A stretch of 32,000 bases of DNA, taken from the NCBI RefSeq assembly GCF_000015145.1, contig NC_008818.1:570001-602000 (forward strand), read 5' to 3'. The notes below the pieces were generated by a model. It saw only the letters and a program-made list of their open reading frames with translations. It ran no database searches and was not told the origin of the DNA. How positions within the stretch are numbered: position 1 is the first letter of the stretch; each line of letters opens with the position of its first letter. A program made the position numbers and the translations under genes. This document shows positions 1-8,320 of this stretch, in pieces. This DNA comes from Hyperthermus butylicus DSM 5456 (lineage in GTDB: Archaea > Thermoproteota > Thermoprotei_A > Sulfolobales > Pyrodictiaceae).

Positions 1-2
1 GT

Positions 3-146
3 CCCGAGGAAGAGCTGGAGATGCTAGAGGAGTACAAGAAGATGTTAGAGGAGGACCTCAAGGAGCTACAGGAGGAGCTGAAAAGCGTCGAGGAACGAAT
101 ACGGGAGCTAAGAGAGATAATTAGGCATAGAAGCAGCAAAGCATAG
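3..146 (+). CDS. 3' end of a CDS truncated by the left window edge; charged coiled-coil C-terminus, product unknown
   Basis: Frame 3 is open from the window edge to TAG at 144-146. It reads PEEELEMLEEYKKMLEEDLKELQEELKSVEERIRELREIIRHRSSKA*, a heptad-like Glu/Leu/Lys helix. It is absent from the ORF track because there is no in-window start. Confidence 0.4.
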   Translation, partial: PEEELEMLEEYKKMLEEDLKELQEELKSVEERIRELREIIRHRSSKA

Positions 147-684
147 CATAAGGAAACGCTTAACTATAGTATTTTTCGCTCGTGTAATCCTAGTAACAAT
201 GCAAGCTCGTCCCTTCTATATCAGCCCGGCTATCCCAACCCTAACCCATATCTTCGTATCTTCTTACCAAGTGTTCTACATTCTCTATATCATCTGTTGT
301 ATGTTCCCCATGGGCCATCCCTCGTAGAAGAGCATGGTTGTGGTAAGCTAGGAGATTGGTGTAGGAGGGTCGGAAAAGAGCTTGTGGCTGCAGCTCCTGG
401 CTTGGGCTGAATGTGATAGTGGTTGAGGTTGACGGGAGTGTGAGGCTTGCTGGGGCATTGCGATGCCAGGGGATATAGTCAGTGTTGATGGTATGGTGAC
501 ATAGTCCCTAGAGCCGGGGCTGCCGTTGTCTCGGCAGCCTTGGCGATCTTCCTGACTCTCTAGACCTTCGGGCAACAGTTTGTGCTTGTAGGTATAAGTT
601 TCGTGGATGTATTGTGTGCCTTCGGTTTCTGTCGCCAAGCTTATCTTATACGGTTGATGTGTACAGGGCTGCATGGGTGCTTAG

Positions 685-1983
685 ATGGTCTCGGAGGCAC
701 TGTCGCTACTGGTATTCCTAGCAACTATTGTCGCGATAAATGCCAGGATTATCGATGAAACGGTTGTCGCTCTAGTCGGGCTTACAGCGATGGTCGTGCT
801 GGCGGGTTATCGGCCGGATGACGCCTTTCACGCTGTGGACTGGAATGTTATAATGATACTGCTCGGTATGTGGATGATAACAGCCTACCTTAACCGTGCA
901 GGGTTTTCGGAGGCTGTAGTACGTTTCGTCTCTAGGAGGGTTAGGGACTACCGTCTATTCCTGGTATATCTCATGCTCATAGCTGGCTTTATATCGATGT
1001 TCGTCGATAATGTGCTTGTAATCCTCCTCCTAGGCTCAATGGTCATAGAGGCTGCTCGGAGGAATGGGGCGAACATAGGCCTAGCGGTACTCATGATAGG
1101 GTTCTCTGCGAACTTCATGGGTACAGCCTTGTTGATGGGTGATTTGCCGCCTCAGCTTCTCCACAGTGTGGCAGGTGCAGAATTCCTAGACTTCATATGG
1201 AGCCGTGGCAAGCCTAGCAGCTTCCCACTACTCACGATTACATTCCTCGCTGTAACTGGGTTGATGTACTTCCTCTTCATAAGGCGTGAACCTTCGATGC
1301 TCCAGCTGCCAGAGACTAGTAGCAGTGGAGTGGGGGCTGATCGGAGGCTTCTAAACATCTCGGTATTCTTCTTCGCGGCAACCGTAGCCGCTATGGCTCT
1401 AAGGCCCTTGCTCGGCGTGCCCCTGGGCTTCATAACCATTGCTGGTGCCTCGCTGCTAGCACTAACTGTTGAGGTTTGGAGACGGCTAGGAGGCAGAGTA
1501 CCGTCCTTTGAGGAGATTATCGGCGATGTGGAGTGGCGTGCGCTAATGTTCTACGCGCTCCTATTCAGCCTCGTAGGCGGGCTCGAGGAGTCCGGTGTGC
1601 TGCGGCGAGCTGCCGAGCACCTACAACCCTACGTTCAGGCCGGCGGCGTAGCCGCCTATACGGTGTTCTACTGGGTCACCGGGCTTCTATCAACGATGAT
1701 TGAGCATGATGCTCTTCTTCTCACATTCCTCTACATAGTCCGTAATGCTGCAAACCTCGCGGGGGTCGATGCGTGGCCCCTCTACTGGGCCATGGCGTGG
1801 GCTGCAACTCTAGGCAGCAACGCGACGATAGTAGCAGCCCCAGCACTATACGTTGCAGTAACCATGGCCGAGAAGGCGGGCCACAGAATATCACCCAGAG
1901 AGTTCCTACGCTACTCCCTCACATACGCTACAGCCTCGCTAGTCATACACTACCTCCTAACACTACCGCTCTGGGGCACCTAG
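685..1983 (+). CDS. Integral membrane permease, ArsB/NhaD (ion transporter superfamily) type
   Basis: 432-aa ORF with an ATG start, hydrophobic throughout with many predicted TM segments. Patterns such as LGSNATIVAAPALYV and FSANFMGTALLMGDLPPQ resemble ArsB/NhaD/CitMHS-type permeases. A TATA-like 'ttatcttata' lies about 40 nt upstream. Confidence 0.8.
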   Translation: MVSEALSLLVFLATIVAINARIIDETVVALVGLTAMVVLAGYRPDDAFHAVDWNVIMILLGMWMITAYLNRAGFSEAVVRFVSRRVRDYRLFLVYLMLIAGFISMFVDNVLVILLLGSMVIEAARRNGANIGLAVLMIGFSANFMGTALLMGDLPPQLLHSVAGAEFLDFIWSRGKPSSFPLLTITFLAVTGLMYFLFIRREPSMLQLPETSSSGVGADRRLLNISVFFFAATVAAMALRPLLGVPLGFITIAGASLLALTVEVWRRLGGRVPSFEEIIGDVEWRALMFYALLFSLVGGLEESGVLRRAAEHLQPYVQAGGVAAYTVFYWVTGLLSTMIEHDALLLTFLYIVRNAANLAGVDAWPLYWAMAWAATLGSNATIVAAPALYVAVTMAEKAGHRISPREFLRYSLTYATASLVIHYLLTLPLWGT

Positions 1984-2031
1984 AGGCAGACACGAAGGGC
2001 TCAAGAGGTGGGTAGCGGCCGTCGCCGGCTC

Positions 2032-2081
2032 GGCGCCAGCCCATCCCGGGGAGGGCCGTGGACGGCCCCGTAGCTGGCGCC
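2032..2081. other. GC-rich compound hairpin in a convergent intergenic region
   Basis: The outer arms GGCGCCAGC (2032-2040) and GCTGGCGCC (2073-2081) are exact reverse complements. The inner stem is GGGCCG (2053-2058) / CGGCCC (2063-2068) with loop TGGA. It lies between the stop of the permease (+) and the stop of the GNAT gene (-). Confidence 0.4.
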
Positions 2082-2166
2082 CAGCCCCGACGTCCCCGCG
2101 TAGCTATAGCATCTTATCAACATACTCCTCGAGGAGGTTGCAAGCAGCCCCATTGCTGGAGCTGTA

Positions 2167-2998
2167 TTACAGCGTGGCCCGATGCGCGAATATCCACGGT
2201 CTAGCTCTTAGGGCTCTATAGCCGAGCCGCGCATAGACCCTTATGGCTGGCTTGTTGCCTGCCTCAACATGCAGCAGGGGCTTAGCACCACAGGCTAGGG
2301 CTCTAGCCGTAACCGTACTCGTGACGGCCTTTGCTAAGCCTCGTCCACGGTATTCCGGCCTCGTGTAGACGTTGCCTATGAGCCATATATCGTGCATCCG
2401 GATGTATGTACATGCTATGGAGGCTAGAACGCCCTCGACGTAGGCGCCATAGCAGCCCAGAGTTCTGAGCAGCCTCGAGGCCTCTTCGGGGCTTAGCTTC
2501 CTGCCACGGGTGGCCTCAACCTCTGCATAGTCTGCTGCATGCTGCTCCCCAAGCTCTACCACGCGTACGCCCGGGGCATGGTAGGGCTTGAAGAGTCTGG
2601 GCGAGTCTATGGCCATGTCAATATAGGTTTTCCCCCTGGCATTGTAGCCGTTGTGCTCGAGTACAGCCTTGAAGCCCCAGCTGAGCCTTGTCGAGGAGCC
2701 GTGAAGCTGCACAATGATACTTCCATACTTGTCGCTAAGCCTCTGGAGAAGGGAGTTCAAGTGTTCGGGCCTAGCATTCCAACAACGTGTATGAATAGTT
2801 TATCTCTGCTAGCCCTATAGGCTACAACGTAGCCTACAAGGGAGCCTTCATCCCTGCTAGGAGGACGCCTGTGGTCGCATCTGGGTGGTAGACTAGGTCG
2901 TAGACAGCATAGAAGTGTGTAAACGGGTCACCACGGTATAGGCGGAAGAGCCCAGTGACGAGCCGTGAGCTAGCCTCCTCCAGCCATACAGTCTCCAA
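2167..2998 (-). pseudogene. GNAT-family N-acetyltransferase, reading frame interrupted twice (pseudogene or homopolymer sequencing errors)
   Basis: The 197-aa ORF 2167..2760 carries the acetyl-CoA motif YTRPEYRGRGLAKAV. Upstream, protein-like sequence continues in the two other frames. One segment is ...RLYRGDPFTHFYAVYDLVYHPDATTGVLLA, from the 2834..3055 ORF with a likely TTG start at 2998. The next is RDEGSLVGYVVAYRASRDKLFIHVVGMLGP, followed by EHLNSLLQRLSDKYG... Adding one base at the C3 run 2852-2854 and one at the G3 run 2767-2769 restores a single ORF of about 275 aa. Confidence 0.6.
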
Positions 2999-3041
2999 GA
3001 CAAATTGTACCCCAGCTCCCGGAGGGTCCACACTTGGACTG

Positions 3042-3752
3042 CTAGTCCAGTGCAACGGGTAAGTCTGTGTTGTAGAGCCTTACACCATGCTGCTCGGGGT
3101 CAAAATCCATGCCCACCGCCTTTACCAGCACCCCAGCCCTGGTAGCCCTGGCTATGAGACCCGGTATCTCCGGGTCTCCTTCAGGGTTTGGCTTAAACCT
3201 CCTAGCGCCGGGTAGTGCGGCGATGAAGACCAAGGCTACACGATAGCCTCGGCTGGCATGCTCTATGAGTTCGCGTATGTGCCTCCGTCCACGAGGCGTG
3301 GGGCAATCCGGGTACATAGCCGTGGCGTTGGGACCCATTAGCACTGCGCTCTTAGTCTCAACGTATACCCTCCCATCCCTACAGTCCAGCAGGAGGTCGA
3401 GCACCGAGGAGCCAAGCCGGGGCCTCCAGCTGGCAACCCTGCAGCTCCTCAGCCAGGGTATGAGGCCTAGCTCCACCGCCCTGGCGAATGCTTCTTCCTG
3501 GAGCCTCGTATCGATAACCGCGAAGCCGCCAGCATACTCTACCGCAAAGAGCCGGTAGCGGGTCCTACCAGGCCTCTCCAAGGGCCTACAGAGCCCAAGG
3601 CGACCGGGCACAAGCACGTCGAGGAGGCGACCAGTATTCGTGTTATGGGCTAGTATGTGTTCTCCTTCAGCTTCAACCTCTACAACGAAGCGATTAACCC
3701 TCCTTAAAATCCTGCACTCAACATATGCCGGAATCGTAGCCACGATATCCAA
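3042..3752 (-). CDS. sfsA: SfsA (sugar fermentation stimulation protein homolog; nuclease-fold DNA-binding protein)
   Basis: 236-aa ORF with SfsA family hallmarks: RVNRFVVEV, AHNTNTGRL, VYVETKSA, YPDCPTPRGRRHIRELI. Confidence 0.9.
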   Translation of the reverse strand: MDIVATIPAYVECRILRRVNRFVVEVEAEGEHILAHNTNTGRLLDVLVPGRLGLCRPLERPGRTRYRLFAVEYAGGFAVIDTRLQEEAFARAVELGLIPWLRSCRVASWRPRLGSSVLDLLLDCRDGRVYVETKSAVLMGPNATAMYPDCPTPRGRRHIRELIEHASRGYRVALVFIAALPGARRFKPNPEGDPEIPGLIARATRAGVLVKAVGMDFDPEQHGVRLYNTDLPVALD

Positions 3753-3954
3753 GTATTCCCCTCCACGTGGGACCTATAGAGGCGCCAGATTTTAGGTTAT
3801 GAAGCTGATACAAGCGCGACCATTCCTGGAGGATAGGCTTAAGGGCAGGGAGTATCACTACTAATAGAAAGAAAGGTGTAGGATGGACTCCGGTAGCCTC
3901 CCCAGAACTAACCCGTAACCGCCATGGAGGCTGGGCCCGCTGGACTGGAGGTGA

Positions 3955-4329
3955 ATGAATGTGCAAGTTCTCCGTCGAACACAACACGGCGATATGAGGA
4001 AGGAGCTCCGGGTTAGGCTTGGCTGGGGCCTCGTTGCTGTTGTGGGCTACATCCTCAGCCCACTGTCGTGGTGGAATGACCTCTTTGTAAACATCCCACT
4101 CGCTATACTTGCCGGAAAGCTCTTTGAGCTAGCTGGTCTCCGCTTCGTGTACGGGTTCTACCTGGGATACCTGCTAACGAACATTGCAGGCATGGTGCTA
4201 CTAGTGCTCGGTGTTGGAGGTGCCGTGAAGGGCTATGCTAACCGTCGCGAGCTAGTGAAAGTCATACTGATTGCAGCAATCTATTCCACAGCGGTATACC
4301 CAGTGCTGGTAGCACTAGGACTCGCATAA
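3955..4329 (+). CDS. Small hypothetical membrane protein (about 3 TM segments)
   Basis: 124-aa ORF. Hydrophobic segments follow a basic N-terminus, and a SPLSWWNDLFVNIPLA motif is present. The true start may be the internal ATG at 3994 (MRKELRV...). No family recognised. Confidence 0.55.
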   Translation: MNVQVLRRTQHGDMRKELRVRLGWGLVAVVGYILSPLSWWNDLFVNIPLAILAGKLFELAGLRFVYGFYLGYLLTNIAGMVLLVLGVGGAVKGYANRRELVKVILIAAIYSTAVYPVLVALGLA

Positions 4330-4345
4330 CGATACGCGTAACATG

Positions 4346-5179
4346 CTAATCTCTCCTAAGAGCTCTTGTGTATATCTCGTATGCCCTGGGCTGTAGCTCT
4401 AGTAATGGGAGCTGCTTACGCACCTCATTAATGTAGTCCAGGTCTACATCGACCTCGGCGTAGCCCGGCTCGGATCCCAGGTCGAGCCTTACAACACCCA
4501 TTGGGTCTACGAGTATGCTGCGTCCAGTGAAGTGCGGCCCAGTCATCGAGGCTACTGCAAGGTAAACTGTGTTTTCGAGAGCTCTAGACCTAGCAGTGAC
4601 GAGGAGATGCTCCTCTTTGAGATTCCCACGGTACCAGGCAGCTGGTACTGCTACAAGCTCTGCGCCACGGAGAGCCAGGCTGCGAGCCAGCTCGGGAAAG
4701 CGCAGCTCAAAACACACGATAAACCCAACCCGAACCCCCCTCACCTCGAGGACCGGCGGCGGCTGCTCACCCCGGCAAAGGCTCTTTGACTCCCTCACGC
4801 CCAGCGCGTCAAAGAGCACTGTCTTCCTGTAAACCACTTGCACCTCCTTGCCCGGCTCCACCATCACTATGGAGCTGTAGGCGCAGTCCCCGCTCCGCTC
4901 AAGGAACCCCGAGACTATCACAGCCGTATACTCGGATGAAATTTCCTCGAGAAACCTTATGAATGGAGAGTCTTTGGGATTCTCAGCCCGAGCCCTTACC
5001 TCGGCTGCACGGAGCCCAGCAGGATACACATTACCGTATTCGGGTAGCACTATAATGTCGGCCTCGACACGGTAGCGGGAGAGGAGTCTTCGGAGCCTCT
5101 CTCCACTCTCAATCCCGCTGCGCCCAGCCTCAAACTGGGCTAGGCCAAGCCTAACCCGCGCCACTACACAGCACCACAT
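4346..5179 (-). CDS. Carbon-nitrogen hydrolase (nitrilase superfamily)
   Basis: The Glu-Lys-Cys catalytic triad contexts are present: LPEYGN, YRKTVLFD, VCFELRFPE. The track ORF extends to a TTG at 5245. The ATG at 5179 (MWCCVVARVRLGLAQFE) gives the usual short N-terminus before the first beta-strand. Confidence 0.85.
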   Translation of the reverse strand: MWCCVVARVRLGLAQFEAGRSGIESGERLRRLLSRYRVEADIIVLPEYGNVYPAGLRAAEVRARAENPKDSPFIRFLEEISSEYTAVIVSGFLERSGDCAYSSIVMVEPGKEVQVVYRKTVLFDALGVRESKSLCRGEQPPPVLEVRGVRVGFIVCFELRFPELARSLALRGAELVAVPAAWYRGNLKEEHLLVTARSRALENTVYLAVASMTGPHFTGRSILVDPMGVVRLDLGSEPGYAEVDVDLDYINEVRKQLPLLELQPRAYEIYTRALRRD

Positions 5180-5335
5180 AATAAAGGCATGCGTTGTGAG
5201 GAATTTCTCTCCAGCTCCAGCCCCTAAGAGGCTATGTAGCAGCAAGTATTTATGAAAGAGCTGTAACAGTTACAGATAAGGTCTTCATCTTAGCATCCTA
5301 CGCGGGCCCCGCTAGGCTGGAGGCAAGAAACCACC

Positions 5336-5551
5336 ATGGCCCTACAGGGCTCCGAGAAGCTTCTCACAATGCTGTCCATCCTGTTCATAGCAGGGTATGT
5401 TGGTATAAACACTGTAGCGCCCCTCCCGGGACTCCTTGCCGCGAAGAAACTTGCAGCTGGGCATGTACCACTCCCAGCAGTAGTTCCCGCCGTAGCACTG
5501 CTAGCAGCCCACCGGACAGCAAGCTCTACAAACAATACTAAGGGCGTGTAG
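5336..5551 (+). CDS. Possible small membrane protein (weak call)
   Basis: 71-aa ATG-initiated ORF filling an otherwise empty 324-bp gap. It has two hydrophobic stretches (LLTMLSILFIAGYVGI; PLPAVVPAVALLAA). There is no family recognition, and an antisense ORF of similar size exists. Confidence 0.25.
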   Translation: MALQGSEKLLTMLSILFIAGYVGINTVAPLPGLLAAKKLAAGHVPLPAVVPAVALLAAHRTASSTNNTKGV

Positions 5552-5569
5552 CTCCCAGATGGCGGTGTT

Positions 5570-6070
5570 CTAGCGGCTGCGTAGTGTAGCTACTACTACC
5601 AGCTCTAAGATGCTGGCTATGAGGAGGACTATGAAGCCTATAATGATTATAGTTAGTATTGCACCGTACCAGTAGAGTTTCCCGGTCAGCCTTGCGAGGC
5701 CCTCGTCCCCGTATCTGGCTAGGATCTCCATTAGCCTTCTCCGGTAGTATCCCATTGCGAGCATGGAGATGTAGAGTAGGACGAGGCCAGCAATTATCGC
5801 AGTGCCAAAACCCGGCGGTCCGGCGAGCAGGCCAGCGAATATCGAGCCGAGCCCCATTACGAGCACGGCAACTACTACGCCAGCCAGGAAGCCTACCGTG
5901 GAGATAAGCGCATAGCGAAGTATCTCGCTCTGCTCGTAGTACGAGGCTAAGCCGTACATGCCTACAAGGTACAGTACGAGTCCGATAATAGCTGCTGAAG
6001 GATGTCCAGAACTCAGGAGGGATACAATGATGCCAGCAATAACCAGGAGCTTTGCAAGATTGAGATTCAA
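5570..6070 (-). CDS. Multi-pass membrane protein, DUF996-like
   Basis: 166-aa ORF with a TTG start and 4-5 TM segments. The pattern GLVLYLVGMYGLASYYEQSEILRYAL resembles archaeal DUF996 proteins, a family assignment made from memory. The overlapping 180-aa ORF in another frame is not protein-like. Confidence 0.65.
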   Translation of the reverse strand: MNLNLAKLLVIAGIIVSLLSSGHPSAAIIGLVLYLVGMYGLASYYEQSEILRYALISTVGFLAGVVVAVLVMGLGSIFAGLLAGPPGFGTAIIAGLVLLYISMLAMGYYRRRLMEILARYGDEGLARLTGKLYWYGAILTIIIIGFIVLLIASILELVVVATLRSR

Positions 6071-6154
6071 TGTTATACACCAGCCTCCAGCAAGCTACTG
6101 GTGTAGTTGTTATAGCCTAAGGGGAGAAAATAATGTATAGTCCTTAGCTGTGGG

Positions 6155-7186
6155 CTATCTGTAGAGCCAACATGCAACCCAGTGGCCGCGCTCGGCCTCG
6201 ACGAGTGGTGGCTCCTCCCTCCTACACCTTTCGCTGGCGTAGGGGCAACGTGTATGGAACCGGCATCCGGGTGGCGGGTTGATGGGGGAGGGAGGCTCGC
6301 CTACTATTCTTATCGGCTTCTTTGCCCGGGCCTTGGCGGGATCAGGTATGGGTATGGAGGCTAGTAGCATCTTGGTGTAGGGATGTAGCGGTTTTTCAAA
6401 CACCTCCTCTGCAGGGCCGAGCTCGACTATCTTGCCCAGGTACATGACTGCTATGTAATCGCTCATGTACCTCACGACGCCGAGATCGTGGCTTATGAAG
6501 AGGTATGTCAGTTTCCTCTTTGCCTGCAACTCTTTTAGGAGGTTTAGTATCTGAGCCTGCACCGATACGTCGAGAGCGCTTGTGGGCTCGTCAAGCACCA
6601 TGAACTCAGGGTTTACCGCGAGAGCCCTTGCGATAGCTATTCTCTGCCTCTGCCCGCCGCTAAACTCGTGGGGGTAACGGTAGACGTGGGTCTCGTTGAG
6701 CCCAACCTCCTCTAGTAGCTTCACAATGTATGCGTAGGGGTCTCCAACCTCTACCCGGTGGACCTTCAATGCCTCCATGATTATGTCGTAAACGGTCATC
6801 CTTGGGTTGAGGCTGCTATATGGGTCCTGGAATATCATCTGCGCCTTCTTCCGGAATGCTTTAAGCTCCTTACCTCTCAGCTCGAAGACGTTCCGTCCAT
6901 CAAAGAACACGTAGCCACTTGTCGGCTCTATGAGGCGTAGAATAAGCCTACCAATAGTCGTCTTGCCGCTGCCGCTCTCCCCTACAAGCCCAATGGTCTT
7001 GCCGCGTGGAATAATGAACGAGACATCATCTACGGCCTTGACCCAGCCACTAACCCTGATGAACCCCCTTACAGGGAAGTACTTCTTAAGCCTATAGACA
7101 AGTACGTGGGGTTCCTCGCCTGGAAACATTCTTGCAAGGCTGTTGACAGCTTCTCTGTATACCTCCCCACTATTGCCGCGAGCCAC
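6155..7186 (-). CDS. Peptide (Dpp/Opp-type) ABC transporter ATP-binding protein, DppF/OppF-like
   Basis: Walker [10 protein letters not shown], signature [15 protein letters not shown], Walker [12 protein letters not shown], and a C-terminal oligopeptide-transporter extension with four Cys (CRFHTRC...C...C). GTG start. Confidence 0.9.
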   Translation of the reverse strand: MARGNSGEVYREAVNSLARMFPGEEPHVLVYRLKKYFPVRGFIRVSGWVKAVDDVSFIIPRGKTIGLVGESGSGKTTIGRLILRLIEPTSGYVFFDGRNVFELRGKELKAFRKKAQMIFQDPYSSLNPRMTVYDIIMEALKVHRVEVGDPYAYIVKLLEEVGLNETHVYRYPHEFSGGQRQRIAIARALAVNPEFMVLDEPTSALDVSVQAQILNLLKELQAKRKLTYLFISHDLGVVRYMSDYIAVMYLGKIVELGPAEEVFEKPLHPYTKMLLASIPIPDPAKARAKKPIRIVGEPPSPINPPPGCRFHTRCPYASERCRREEPPLVEAERGHWVACWLYR

Positions 7187-7281
7187 CTATACGGCACCTC
7201 ACACGGCTTAGAGACTCAAGTTGGGGGGCCCGGCACAGCCTTATATACATCATACAACCCGAAGGCTTAGCGTAAATAAAA

Positions 7282-8319
7282 TCAATGGATAAGCCTGGCT
7301 GGGTTGGGATGTTTGTCTATGTATCTCCAGCAGGCTACGCGGTGCCTCTCGTTAACCCATATCTCCGGCGGCCTATCCTGACGACAGATCTCTGCCATGT
7401 AGGGACATCGTGGATGGAATCTGCAGCCCGGCGGCGGGTGAATGAGGTTGGGCACAGTGCCCGGTATTGATTCCAGCTTCTCTATCTTCTTCGTGGGGTC
7501 CGGTACCGCCCTTAGGAGGAGCTGAGTGTAAGGGTGCAGAGGGTTGCTGAACAGCTCCTCTGTGGGTGCCTCCTCTACTATGATGCCAGCATACATTACT
7601 GCAACTCGGTCGCACATCTCTGCTACGAGGCCCATGTTGTGTGTGATGAGTAGCAGGGTTAGACCCTCCCTCCTCTTGAGCTCGCGTAGCAGCTCCATTA
7701 TCTGAGCTTGAATAGTCACGTCTAGCGCTGTCGTAGGTTCATCGGCTATTATTAGCTTGGGATTGTTTGCAAGGCTCATGCTTATCACTGCTCTCTGCTT
7801 CATCCCGCCGCTCAGCTCGTGGGGGTAAGACTTCACCCTCCTCTCCGGGTCTGGTATCAACGTCTTCTTCAAGAGCTCCACGGCCCTTGTGAAGCCCTCC
7901 TTTATCTTCTTTATCATGTCATGTACAAGCATGGTCTCCGAGATCTGGTAGCCAATAGTGTATAGTGGGTCTAGCGCTGAGCCTGGATCCTGGAAGATGT
8001 ATGCTATCTCAGCACCCCTTATGCGGCGTAGCTCCTCCTCACTCAGCCTCATAATGTCTATCCTCTTGCCCGGCTCTGGGTAGTAGTATATCTCGCCCTT
8101 CTCAATCCTACCAGGAGGTTGTATGAGCCTCGTTAGCGCCCTAGAGGTTACACTCTTGCCGCAGCCGGTCTCGCCAACCAGGCAGTACGTCTCGCCCCTC
8201 TCTATGCAGAAGCTTACACCGTAGATCGCCTTGACTACGCCGGCATACGTGTAGAAGTTGACGTACAGGTCGCGAACCTCGACTATGGGGTCCCGGCAGC
8301 GAAGCATACCGCCACCCAT
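7282..8319 (-). CDS. Peptide (Dpp/Opp-type) ABC transporter ATP-binding protein, DppD/OppD-like
   Basis: Walker A GETGCGKSV, signature LSGGMKQRAVISMSL, Walker B IIADEPTTALD, and a C-terminal four-Cys extension. The ATG at 8319 sits 1 nt after the TGA (8321-8323) of the upstream permease. The track ORF extends further to 8361. Confidence 0.9.
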   Translation of the reverse strand: MGGGMLRCRDPIVEVRDLYVNFYTYAGVVKAIYGVSFCIERGETYCLVGETGCGKSVTSRALTRLIQPPGRIEKGEIYYYPEPGKRIDIMRLSEEELRRIRGAEIAYIFQDPGSALDPLYTIGYQISETMLVHDMIKKIKEGFTRAVELLKKTLIPDPERRVKSYPHELSGGMKQRAVISMSLANNPKLIIADEPTTALDVTIQAQIMELLRELKRREGLTLLLITHNMGLVAEMCDRVAVMYAGIIVEEAPTEELFSNPLHPYTQLLLRAVPDPTKKIEKLESIPGTVPNLIHPPPGCRFHPRCPYMAEICRQDRPPEIWVNERHRVACWRYIDKHPNPARLIH

Positions 8320-8320
8320 T

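Noticed and set aside
348-674. 108-aa minus-strand ORF as a real gene
   Set aside because: Its start lies 10 bp from the divergent permease ATG, leaving no promoter space. The sequence is low-complexity Pro/Ser/Gln/His with no family resemblance. It is probably a by-product of the C/A-rich bottom strand.
5538-6080. 180-aa minus ORF overlapping the DUF996-like ORF
   Set aside because: It lies on the same strand in a different frame. The translation is Arg/Cys/Trp/His-rich and not protein-like, whereas the 166-aa frame gives a clean multi-TM protein.
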